From: Tepidisphaera sp.
Lineage (GTDB): Bacteria; Planctomycetota; Phycisphaerae; Phycisphaerales; UBA1924
Direction of reading: 5' to 3'
DNA: 64,000 nucleotides
Assembly: GCA_050916045.1 (NCBI GenBank)
Contig: CP051526.1
Location: 2,528,001-2,592,000, forward strand
Under the pieces are notes generated by a model. It saw only the letters and a program-made list of their open reading frames with translations. It made no database searches and was not told the origin of the DNA. Both the position numbers and the translations under genes were made by a program. Positions 44,374-53,182 of this stretch are shown piece after piece; the first letter of the stretch is position 1, and each line of letters begins with the position of its first letter.

Positions 44374-47280
44374 TCAGGGCACCACCACGGACGAGTTCAA
44401 GCGGCTCCCCCCGTCGGGCTCGGTGACGCTGACGAGGACACGCTGGCCACGCAGGGAAGCCGCGGCTCCCGGGAAGACGAACCGCCGAAGAGCTTGCTGG
44501 CCCGGAGGGAGCGACCCGACGGTGGAGCTCGCCCGCGGCCGCTTGGGCGCAAACGCGGTGAGCTCAAGGTCAAGGGGGGTCTCTCCGACGTTGGTCACCT
44601 GCACCTCGACCACGACATCGGGCCCGTTGGTGGTCGGGTAGAGCGCCGAGCTCAGGTCGACCTTGAGGTGCTTGAGGCCGATCATCGCGGGCGTGCGGAT
44701 CTTGATCCCTTTGGCAAGCTGCTCACCCGCCAGGTCCATCGAGAAGACAAAGTCGCGGCGACCGGCTTCCTCAAGTCCGCCGAACGCCACGCTCACCGGC
44801 AATGAAGCCTGCTCGCCGGGCCTGACGGAGAAACGCATGACGCGCGGCACGATCTTCCAGCTTCGATCAAGGCCGTCGGCCGAGATCCCGCCGCCGATGG
44901 GCTCGACGATCGTGATCTCGCCGGAGATCGCCGTCGTCCACGGATTGAAGAACTCGATGGTCAGGTCTTTGCGCTGCGTCGTCGCGGGAAGAAAGTCGGG
45001 CGTGATGCGCACCGAAGCGATCATCCGCACCAGCTCGACGTCGATGCCCTCGACGAACACGGGCGTGCTCGTCGCGGGCACCCGGATCGTCGAAACATCG
45101 GTCTGATGGCCTGGTTTGGACGCACCCTCGGCGCCGCCGACGACGGTCTCGCCCGCGGTGACCTCGACGCCCAAAGCCTGCTGGAGCAGCTTGCGGTTTC
45201 CGAAGTGGTCGACGAGCGTGAGTTCGCCGGCACCGAGGTAGGCGTCGAGCACGGCGTCGCGTGATTCGGCGGACTCGTTCCAAAGCACGAGCGCACCGCC
45301 GCGCTTGGCCGGGGCCGTCGCCGAGGGCGCGAGAATGACGCACCTCACCCCGGGGGCCGCCGGAAAGTCGCCGATGGCGACGCGGTCGGAAAGCTGGTCC
45401 ACGAGCGTGCGCCACGCGGCGAACTCCGGCGTGGGCATCGGACGGTCGCCCTTGGCGCCCGACCATGTCCACGGCTGCTCGAGTGCCGTGCGCACGGACG
45501 GGTTACTCCGCCGTTCGGAGGCGGATGAAGCCGCGATCCACGCTTCGATCACCTTTCGGGAAAGCTCGGCGACACCCTCGACCTGCGTGTACGTTCCTTC
45601 CGGGGCCCGCTCCATGACGAGCGTGAGGTCGCCCTCGTTCTTGGCGGACTCGTCGGCCCAGACCTTCGCGGCTTGGCCCGCGGCCCAAGCGGGAAGGTCC
45701 GCCGAGACCAGCGCGGACACGGCACCCGGCCGGTCCAGCGCGGTGACGGCCTGTGCTCGAAGATCGAACTCGACACGGGATCCAAGGCCGATGGTCGGTC
45801 CCGAGATCAACTGCCCCACTTCTGTCGCGAACTTCGCGAGGTCCTTGGAGATGTCCTTGCGCCAGGCGACCGTCTCGCTACCCGTGCCGCCGATCTGCCA
45901 GCGCCGGACGCGTTGCCCGAACCGGTCCAGAAACTGGTCCAGATACGGCCAGTACGCCGAGCGGTCCTGCTCGAGGATCGACCAGACGTCCGAGCGGCCG
46001 GCGCCTTCAACGACCGATCCGCGCGGCGCGTGCGCCAGCATGAAGGTCAGTTCGCGGTACTCATCCCCGAGCGCCTCCACCAACGGCGACAGCGCGAGCG
46101 CACGATCCCCGACGTTTTCGCGCGTCAGATCCGCGTTCCAGATCGGAATCGACACCGCGCCGGCACCAAGCTGCTGCGTCAGGTACGCCACCAGTCCAGG
46201 GGACGCCGACTCCGGCACATCCTCAAGCACGACGCCCAAGCGGACCCGGTCGGGAGCATTCGAAATCGCCGTCTTCGGCCTCGGCGGCAGAACGACAAAG
46301 TCCGTGCGCGCAGAGCCGACCGTCTGACCGGCGCTGACCACCTCGAATGTCGCCCGATACCACCCGTACCCGGGCAGTTTGGGCGTCAGCGTCAGTTCCG
46401 CCCGCCCCGCACCCAGAATCTTCTCGATCGAGTCGACGCGGGCACCCGAGAGATCACGCACAACCACGCGGCCGGTGAGTTGCTCACCCGTCAGATCGCG
46501 GATGGTCGCCCGCAGCACCGGCGGAGCGGGAGCGACGATCACATTGCTCGGTTCGGCGCAGACCAGGTCGATCTTGGCGAGTTGGATGACCGCGACATCG
46601 TCGAACCACGCCGCGCCCGAAAAATCCTGCGACATCGCCGTGTGCCTACCCGCGGTCTTTCCGTACAACTGGTGCGGCTGAAGGACCTGAAGCTCAATCT
46701 GCAGGTACGCGGCGTTCATGAAGTCGCCCGGGAGCAGCACGTGCGCATCGGCCCACTCGCTCTCGGAGAGGACCGGCGCGGATCGGCGTTCGGACCCGGC
46801 GATGGGCGCTGTCGAAGAGTCGAGAAACCGCGCCACGACGACCGCCCGCGCGTGCTTGAGATCCTTGGTCCGAACGCGGGCCGAGATGCGGTAGTCCGCT
46901 CCGCTGAAGACCGGCACCACACCCGGCGAGAGAAGCAGCGACGTGCTGCCGCCGCGCGTGGGAAGACGCACGGAGATGTTCCCGGTCGACGCGATGGAAT
47001 CATCAAGTTCAGCCGCGTTGACCGGAGGAAATCCCGCTCTCACGCCCGTCGCGACATCGTCCGGCCCCTGCTGGGCGCGAGCCCAGTAGTTCGGCACCGG
47101 ATTCGGCGTGGCTTCCTCGAACCCGAAGAACCGCGTCAGACGCCCGGCCGACTCCGGCCGCACGCCCACCACCGACCACCCGGCTTCGAGTTCCTTCTCG
47201 TCAACGGTCGCGACCTGTCCAACCGCGCGGCAGGCGAAAAGGAGCATCAGTGCGGCCAAGGCATGTTCGAGAAGTCTCAC
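44374..47280 (-). CDS. Large secreted hypothetical protein (beta-sandwich/Ig-like domains)
   Basis: About 970-aa ORF with a signal-like N-terminus. The start is uncertain (ORF open to 47391). Confidence 0.7.
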   Translation of the reverse strand: MRLLEHALAALMLLFACRAVGQVATVDEKELEAGWSVVGVRPESAGRLTRFFGFEEATPNPVPNYWARAQQGPDDVATGVRAGFPPVNAAELDDSIASTGNISVRLPTRGGSTSLLLSPGVVPVFSGADYRISARVRTKDLKHARAVVVARFLDSSTAPIAGSERRSAPVLSESEWADAHVLLPGDFMNAAYLQIELQVLQPHQLYGKTAGRHTAMSQDFSGAAWFDDVAVIQLAKIDLVCAEPSNVIVAPAPPVLRATIRDLTGEQLTGRVVVRDLSGARVDSIEKILGAGRAELTLTPKLPGYGWYRATFEVVSAGQTVGSARTDFVVLPPRPKTAISNAPDRVRLGVVLEDVPESASPGLVAYLTQQLGAGAVSIPIWNADLTRENVGDRALALSPLVEALGDEYRELTFMLAHAPRGSVVEGAGRSDVWSILEQDRSAYWPYLDQFLDRFGQRVRRWQIGGTGSETVAWRKDISKDLAKFATEVGQLISGPTIGLGSRVEFDLRAQAVTALDRPGAVSALVSADLPAWAAGQAAKVWADESAKNEGDLTLVMERAPEGTYTQVEGVAELSRKVIEAWIAASSASERRSNPSVRTALEQPWTWSGAKGDRPMPTPEFAAWRTLVDQLSDRVAIGDFPAAPGVRCVILAPSATAPAKRGGALVLWNESAESRDAVLDAYLGAGELTLVDHFGNRKLLQQALGVEVTAGETVVGGAEGASKPGHQTDVSTIRVPATSTPVFVEGIDVELVRMIASVRITPDFLPATTQRKDLTIEFFNPWTTAISGEITIVEPIGGGISADGLDRSWKIVPRVMRFSVRPGEQASLPVSVAFGGLEEAGRRDFVFSMDLAGEQLAKGIKIRTPAMIGLKHLKVDLSSALYPTTNGPDVVVEVQVTNVGETPLDLELTAFAPKRPRASSTVGSLPPGQQALRRFVFPGAAASLRGQRVLVSVTEPDGGSRLNSSVVVP

Positions 47281-47422
47281 ACCGTTGTATCGACCGCCCG
47301 ACAGCGACCGGCGGAGCATTCGCCCTCGCCGCACGGACTCGAACAGGTCGCGTCGTCTGGTTCCGAGAACTGGAACCGTTATCGCGACCAAACCGCACGG
47401 AATCGGTGGTTATCTGGACGGG

Positions 47423-47827
47423 TCACAAGCCGCGAAGCACCCGCGAGACCTCGAACGCCCGCAGGGGCCGCTCAACTCCGCCCAAGGGTGCGGCGCTCGC
47501 CGCGGGCGCGGGACCGATCTCGCTCAGAGCCCGCGATGCCAAGCCGTCCCGCCGAAGCACGGCGAGGCTCGCATCCGCCGACCGCTCGGGCGCCGCGTCG
47601 ACCACAGCGATCGGCTCCGGACCGGGCGTCGGGGGTGCGAGCGGCGTGCTCCGGGAGAAGAGCGAAGCCGTCCACGCGCCGGCGATCACGACAGCCGCCG
47701 CGGAGATCGCGGGCAGGCGCCGCTTCCAACGACGCCGGGTCACCGTGCGGAGGAAGGCGGGCGGGGCTTCCCCGGCGGCGGTCCGCGAAGCGCGTGTGAG
47801 CCTGGCTTGGAGTTCATCGTGATGCAT
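47423..47827 (-). CDS. Small single-TM protein, putative anti-sigma factor
   Basis: Overlaps the sigma factor stop and has one hydrophobic helix after a basic patch. Confidence 0.55.
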   Translation of the reverse strand: MHHDELQARLTRASRTAAGEAPPAFLRTVTRRRWKRRLPAISAAAVVIAGAWTASLFSRSTPLAPPTPGPEPIAVVDAAPERSADASLAVLRRDGLASRALSEIGPAPAASAAPLGGVERPLRAFEVSRVLRGL

Positions 47828-48362
47828 GGGCCACCTTCTTTTCGTCGACCATCCCGCGAACCTCGAACGCCCGCTTCAACCGATCGATGCCGCGAGCGTA
47901 TCGCCACGCGACCGTGTGCCGATTGACGTTCAGGGCTTCGGCGATCTGCTCGAACGTCATGCCCGAAGCGTGCCGCAGGGTCACGACCTCGCGCAGGACG
48001 CGAGGAAGAGCCGCGAGCGCCGCCGCCGCTTCATCCGCTTGCTCACCGCGCAGATCGCCGGACGGGGCCGGCTTTTTCTGCGTGCGGGCACGTTCTCTTC
48101 GTTCGGAGCGCTTGAGCGAGATCGCTTCGTGCCGCGTGAGCGTGATGAGCCACGCTCGCACATCCACCACCGCCGCAATCTCGGGCGGCTTGCGTTCCAT
48201 CATGCGGCAGAGAGCCCGCTGCACGATGTCATCCGCCGCGTGCGGAGCGACGGACTTCGCGTACGCACGAAGAAGACCGCCAAGCCGAGACCACAGCTCC
48301 CGCGCGGCGCGATCGTCGCCTCGGTGCGTCAGTCTCAGCAATTGGCGGTCTTCTTCCTGCAT
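47814..48362 (-). CDS. ECF RNA polymerase sigma factor
   Basis: ADDIVQ, RAWLITL and LPRVLREVVTLRH...MTFEQIAEAL motifs. Confidence 0.88.
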   Translation of the reverse strand: MQEEDRQLLRLTHRGDDRAARELWSRLGGLLRAYAKSVAPHAADDIVQRALCRMMERKPPEIAAVVDVRAWLITLTRHEAISLKRSERRERARTQKKPAPSGDLRGEQADEAAAALAALPRVLREVVTLRHASGMTFEQIAEALNVNRHTVAWRYARGIDRLKRAFEVRGMVDEKKVAHASR

Positions 48363-48371
48363 CGGACATGA

Positions 48372-49472
48372 TCACTTTCCGACAGCGGCAAGCTTCTCGT
48401 CAAGTTCCGCGAGCTGCTTCACCTGCTTCTCGATGTTGATGTACGCCTTCTCGAAGGACGGCATCGCGACGCGGGCGATGACGCCAAATTCCCCCTTGAG
48501 CACGCGGGAGTTGATCACCTGGAACTTCGCGGAAGCGTCCGGCGTGCCCCACGCGGCGAGGATCTCGTCGTACCCCTCCTGCGCCCGGGCGATCTCACGA
48601 TCGAGTGCTTCGCCTTTCAACTCGCGGAGCTCCTGAACAAGGCCTGAGTTGTCCCCGGCCCCAAGGAGTCCCACGACGGCTTCGGCGGACTGTCCCCCGC
48701 GATTCATCGCCAGACGGAGCCAGTTCAGGAACAGATCGCGCTCGGTCGTCATCGCCTCCTTGCCGCGGAACGGATCAGACGTCAGCACACGCCCGATCGC
48801 GGCCCGAAGAACCTCGGCGTCCTTGGCTTGCAGGGTTCCCGAAGCCGCGAGCACCCGGGCTTCCTCCGTCGCCAGGGCGGCGATCGCATTGGACACCAGC
48901 GAGCTGATCAGGATGCGGTCGTTGCTGACGTGCGCCGCCATGCGGTACATCGCGGCCACGCGCTCCGCCGCTTGGGCGGGACGACCGGCGAGAAGCTCCT
49001 GCCGTGCATCGAATCGGAGCGTGCGGGCGAGCTGCCGCATCCGGCCCAGGTGCGGCATCAGCATCGAGACGCCACCCTCGTACTCAAGCTCAAAGTCGCA
49101 CCGCTCCCGCGTGGACGCGATGAGCAGCGTGCGCACCGACTGTTCGCACCCTCCCGAGAAGACTTTCGAAGCCTTCGCGAACGGCTCGGGGATCTCTCCC
49201 CCCGGCGCGGTCGGGACCTTGTCCCAGTCGATCTCGGCGATCGCTTCCCCGAGCGTGCGGGGCAGGTTGTTGTCGGCGGAGAGATATCCCAAAGCCGCGT
49301 TGCGGTCCTTGGCTTTGGTCGCCCAGGAGGGGACCAGCGTGTCGCTCTTGAACTCAAGGGGATCCTCGACCGACACGACGGCGGGTGCCGGACCGCCGGT
49401 TGTGGGCGGCTTGCTGGCGGGCTGAATCACCGAACCGGCGGCGAGCACGAGAGACATGATCATCAACTGCAT
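48372..49472 (-). CDS. Secreted all-helical hypothetical protein
   Basis: AAGGAG RBS, signal peptide and motifs MPHLGRMRQLAR / LISSLV. Confidence 0.75.
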   Translation of the reverse strand: MQLMIMSLVLAAGSVIQPASKPPTTGGPAPAVVSVEDPLEFKSDTLVPSWATKAKDRNAALGYLSADNNLPRTLGEAIAEIDWDKVPTAPGGEIPEPFAKASKVFSGGCEQSVRTLLIASTRERCDFELEYEGGVSMLMPHLGRMRQLARTLRFDARQELLAGRPAQAAERVAAMYRMAAHVSNDRILISSLVSNAIAALATEEARVLAASGTLQAKDAEVLRAAIGRVLTSDPFRGKEAMTTERDLFLNWLRLAMNRGGQSAEAVVGLLGAGDNSGLVQELRELKGEALDREIARAQEGYDEILAAWGTPDASAKFQVINSRVLKGEFGVIARVAMPSFEKAYINIEKQVKQLAELDEKLAAVGK

Positions 49473-49561
49473 GGGAAGCTCCTTCAGAGACAGAGGTGTA
49501 CCCCAAGGACGCCACGGAGGAGCGGATTTGTGGCGCTCCGTTTGATTTTTCGAAGGCCCGC

Positions 49562-50875
49562 TCAGCCCCCGGCGATCTGCCGGAGCAGGGGGACAGCTTG
49601 TCCGCTGGCCAGACGCGTCCAGAGCATCGCCAGAACGGACCGGGCGGCCCATTCCCGGACGCTTCGGCGGTCGCCGGCCATGTTGAACCGGCGGACGTCG
49701 GTCGCGGAGAGGTGCGTGCTGGCGTGGGCGATCCAGACGGTGCCGACGGGCTTGGCTTCGCTGCCCCCGCCGGGACCGGCGACGCCGGTGATCGAGACGC
49801 AGTCGGTGACGCCGAGGGCTTTCAGGCCGCCTTCGGCCATGGCTTGGGCACAGGGTCCGGAGACGGCGCCGTGGGCCGCGATGACGGATTCGGGCACGTG
49901 GGCGAGGGAGGTCTTGAGGTCGTTGGAGTAGGTGATGAAGCCGCCGAGGAGGACATCGGATGCGCCCGGGATGTCGCCCAGCATGCTTCCAAGCAAGCCA
50001 GCGGTGCAGGACTCGACGACGCCGAGCGTGCGGCTTTGCTGGCGGAGCGCGGCGAGGACGGCGGCCGGGAGAGCTTCGTGCGGGTGGCCGCCAGCGCCGG
50101 GGCCGTCCGCGAACGCATGCACCCCGAGCAGCGCTCGCACCTCGGCGACGGTCTCGGCCACGATCGGAGCGGGGTCGGGCCCCACGCTACGGATCCGCAC
50201 CGAGACCACGCCGCCGGAGGCCGTCGTGCCCACCAGAAGCGGACGCCCGCGGGCCATCAGGTTGCCCATCCGCGAGCCGGCGAGCGCCGTCGCGACGTCC
50301 GACTCGCCCAGGCCCATCGTGTGCACGGTCCAGGTCTGGACCTTCACCTCGGGAGGGGGCGCGAGGGTCGGGCCGACCTGATTCAGGAACATCGGAAAGA
50401 GCTCGCGGGGCGGGCCGGGGATGCAGAAGACGTCGGCTTTCCCGACGCGGGCGGCGATGCCGGGAGCGGTGCCGTGGTGGTTCTGGATGCTCCGGGCGGT
50501 CGCGGGACGGAGGGCTTGAACGCGGTTGAGGTCCGGCATCGGGCGGCCGCGGCCCTTGAACCACGCGAGGATCTGCTCGAGAGCTTGAGCGTCCTCGACG
50601 AGCGGGTCCCCCATCGCTTCCGCGAGCGCGGCACGCGTCAGGTCGTCGTCGGTCGGGCCCAGGCCGCCGGTGCAGAGGATGAGATCGACGGAGCCGCCGA
50701 GCCGCTTGAACGCCGCGACGAGGGCGGCTTGATCGTCCGGGAGCGAGACGTGCTCAACGGGCTCGATCCCGCGTTCCATCAGCCGTTCGGCGATCCACTT
50801 GGAGTTGGTGTCGAGCGTCTGGCCCAGGACGATCTCATCCCCCTGCGAGATGATGGCGGCGGTGCGGTGAGGCAT
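49562..50875 (-). CDS. cinA: CinA family protein (MoCF-like + NMN deamidase PncC domain)
   Basis: GDEIVLGQTLDTN, TGGLGPTDDDLT, ESCTAG, GAVS, SITGVAGP and KPVGTV motifs. Confidence 0.93.
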   Translation of the reverse strand: MPHRTAAIISQGDEIVLGQTLDTNSKWIAERLMERGIEPVEHVSLPDDQAALVAAFKRLGGSVDLILCTGGLGPTDDDLTRAALAEAMGDPLVEDAQALEQILAWFKGRGRPMPDLNRVQALRPATARSIQNHHGTAPGIAARVGKADVFCIPGPPRELFPMFLNQVGPTLAPPPEVKVQTWTVHTMGLGESDVATALAGSRMGNLMARGRPLLVGTTASGGVVSVRIRSVGPDPAPIVAETVAEVRALLGVHAFADGPGAGGHPHEALPAAVLAALRQQSRTLGVVESCTAGLLGSMLGDIPGASDVLLGGFITYSNDLKTSLAHVPESVIAAHGAVSGPCAQAMAEGGLKALGVTDCVSITGVAGPGGGSEAKPVGTVWIAHASTHLSATDVRRFNMAGDRRSVREWAARSVLAMLWTRLASGQAVPLLRQIAGG

Positions 50876-50945
50876 GGTGCAGGGTATGGGCCGGACATCA
50901 ATCCGCGCCAAGTGCTCCACTCCCCCGATTGGTAACATGATCGCC

Positions 50946-51629
50946 ATGGCGGACGACCTCGCGAAGCCGTTTCCATCCCTCAAGCCGCCGCCGCTGCCGT
51001 TTGTCATCGGCAACACGAGCCATGTCTGGATCCTGGAGTGTGTGGCCACCGGTGATCGCGGCATGGATCTGAGGTTCACCGGTCGCACGCCGCGAGGATG
51101 GATGACGGGGCTCGTCTTCGGCGTTCCGCTCGCGGTCTTTGGCAGCATTTTCGTCTGGGCATCGGTCATGTCCCCGAACTCGGACGGGTCGAGATCAGAA
51201 TTGGCGGTGCTTGGTGCTTTGGCGCTTCTGCTCTCGCCCCTCTTCGCGCTCGGTTCGTGGTACCACCTTCGAGAATCGGTCGCGGCTCAGCGTCGATCAC
51301 TTCCAGAGGGTGGCGTCGTGGCGAGATGGGATACCGACAGGATCTGGGTCGCGATCGGAGGGACGCTTCGCGCCGTCGATTCGGCACAGATCGCTCGGGG
51401 ACAAGCTCCGATCAACGGACCCGTCGGCAAGGTTCTGAGCTCCCTTCCATTCACGCTCACGGTAATCGCCGGACGCGATGCGGAAACCGGGGAGCCAATC
51501 GCGGTGACGATCGATGTCGCGGGTCCGGTCCTGATGGGATGTGGTTCGGAACTCGCGATCCAGAAGTGGGCTCGCGCGGCCGGGATGCGGCTCCAAACAA
51601 CGACATTCATGCCGCACGACCTCGATTGA
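50946..51629 (+). CDS. Hypothetical two-TM membrane protein
   Basis: Two hydrophobic helices; start is approximate. Confidence 0.55.
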   Translation: MADDLAKPFPSLKPPPLPFVIGNTSHVWILECVATGDRGMDLRFTGRTPRGWMTGLVFGVPLAVFGSIFVWASVMSPNSDGSRSELAVLGALALLLSPLFALGSWYHLRESVAAQRRSLPEGGVVARWDTDRIWVAIGGTLRAVDSAQIARGQAPINGPVGKVLSSLPFTLTVIAGRDAETGEPIAVTIDVAGPVLMGCGSELAIQKWARAAGMRLQTTTFMPHDLD

Positions 51630-51663
51630 CGCACCCGCCCGGCATCGGCGGTACGATCGCCGC

Positions 51664-52227
51664 ATGCCCGAGACCAACCCCGAGAAGCCGATCACCAGCA
51701 CCAAGATCCCCGGCACCAACGTCCCCGACGTCACCAAGGTCGATGGGATCGAAGCCGAGACCAAACGCTTCATGTCCTGGGTCGCGGTCACCACCGCGAT
51801 CCTCGCAACCATGGCTTCCATCGCTTCGATGTTCTCGACGAGCCACCTCAACCAGGCGATGCTCGATCAGATCAAATCCGCGAATCAGTGGGCCTACTTC
51901 CAAGCCAAGGGAGTCAAGCTCGCCGTGCTTGAGAGCAAGATGGAACTCGTCGGCGAACTCGGCAAGACCGCCAAGCCCGAAGACGCCGAGCGGGCCGAAC
52001 GATACAAGCGGGAACAGGATGAGATCCGCGCCGAAGCCGCCGCTCGCGAAATCTCGGCGGGAGACCACCGCACCCGGCACATCACCCTCGGCCGGGCTTC
52101 GACCGCGTATCAGGTCGCCATCGCGCTCGCGGCGATCGCGCTGCTGGTGCGGAGGAGGATCCTGTGGCACCTGTCGATGGCGCTAGGGCTGGTGGGGACG
52201 GTTTTCTTTGTGCTGGGGATGGCATAA
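51664..52227 (+). CDS. DUF4337-like membrane protein
   Basis: VAVTTAILA, NQWAYFQAK and QVAIALAAI motifs. Confidence 0.75.
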   Translation: MPETNPEKPITSTKIPGTNVPDVTKVDGIEAETKRFMSWVAVTTAILATMASIASMFSTSHLNQAMLDQIKSANQWAYFQAKGVKLAVLESKMELVGELGKTAKPEDAERAERYKREQDEIRAEAAAREISAGDHRTRHITLGRASTAYQVAIALAAIALLVRRRILWHLSMALGLVGTVFFVLGMA

Positions 52228-52243
52228 CGGGAGAGTGAATCAA

Positions 52244-53005
52244 ATGGCAAAGTTGAAGATTAAAGAAATCCAACAGTTGGCCAAGCAAATCGTCTGCAAG
52301 TCGGTTGGCGGAATCCGATACGGCAAACTAGTGAAGCAGATTGGCGATGCAAATCCAGAAACGCCAAGAAATTCTGTACACGGAGCGGTCTGGGACCTCG
52401 ACAAGACCTATGCCGGGGAGATCTCCAAGCCCAGTCGCGGTTTGTTCATTGCCATAAAGGCGATGGACATCAACGAAGCGACCCAGGCAAAGAAGAAATC
52501 GATTGAACCGAGCATCAAGGAAAGTGAGTTCTACGATTCGTTTGCCGAATGGCTCAAGAACGACCTTGATGAAGCGACCGTCGCAGTTGCACTCGGCGGC
52601 GCAGGAATCAAGGGAAAGTGGGGAACGCCAGACGTCATCGGCACATTCAAGCCTGTCCCGTCCAACCGAGTACGCTTTGAGACTGAGATCATCTCAGCGG
52701 AAATCAAGGTGAATCCAAGCGAGTCAATCACTGCGTTCGGGCAGGCGGCGGCGTACCGATTGTTCTCACACAAAGTCTATGTCGTGATGCCCGCAACTTT
52801 GCCAGAAGAGGATCAGAGCAGGCTTGAGGCACTGGCGATGTTGTTCGGCGTAGGCTTCGTCATCTTTGACGTGAGCGTGAATGACCCCAACTATCGCGTC
52901 CGTGTGCGTGCGCAACGCTTCTCACCAGACATGTTCTATGTAAACGACTTTGCCGATAGACTGCACGATCACAACAAGAGTCTTTTCAATAAGCTCTTTC
53001 AGTAG
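52244..53005 (+). CDS. Low-GC protein with a putative N-terminal HTH and PD-(D/E)xK nuclease-like domain
   Basis: ESEFY, TPDVIG, SAEIK and GQAAAY motifs; visibly more AT-rich than its flanks. Confidence 0.7.
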   Translation: MAKLKIKEIQQLAKQIVCKSVGGIRYGKLVKQIGDANPETPRNSVHGAVWDLDKTYAGEISKPSRGLFIAIKAMDINEATQAKKKSIEPSIKESEFYDSFAEWLKNDLDEATVAVALGGAGIKGKWGTPDVIGTFKPVPSNRVRFETEIISAEIKVNPSESITAFGQAAAYRLFSHKVYVVMPATLPEEDQSRLEALAMLFGVGFVIFDVSVNDPNYRVRVRAQRFSPDMFYVNDFADRLHDHNKSLFNKLFQ

Positions 53006-53117
53006 AGCCTTTCCGCAAACGCGGGTTCAGCCATCATTTCCCAAGCATTTCACGTGGTTTACGGATAGCCTCTACTTGATGCAGACCGCCGCCCCGTCTG
53101 GCCTTGCTGCGATCGGC

Positions 53118-53144
53118 CGCCCCCCCCGAGGAGCGGGGGAGGCG
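53118..53144. terminator. GC hairpin between convergent genes
   Basis: CGCCCCCCCC-GAGGAGC-GGGGGAGGCG; no strong U tract. Confidence 0.4.
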
Positions 53145-53182
53145 CAAATCACCGGAAGGACATCGCCTGGAAGCCGATGCCA

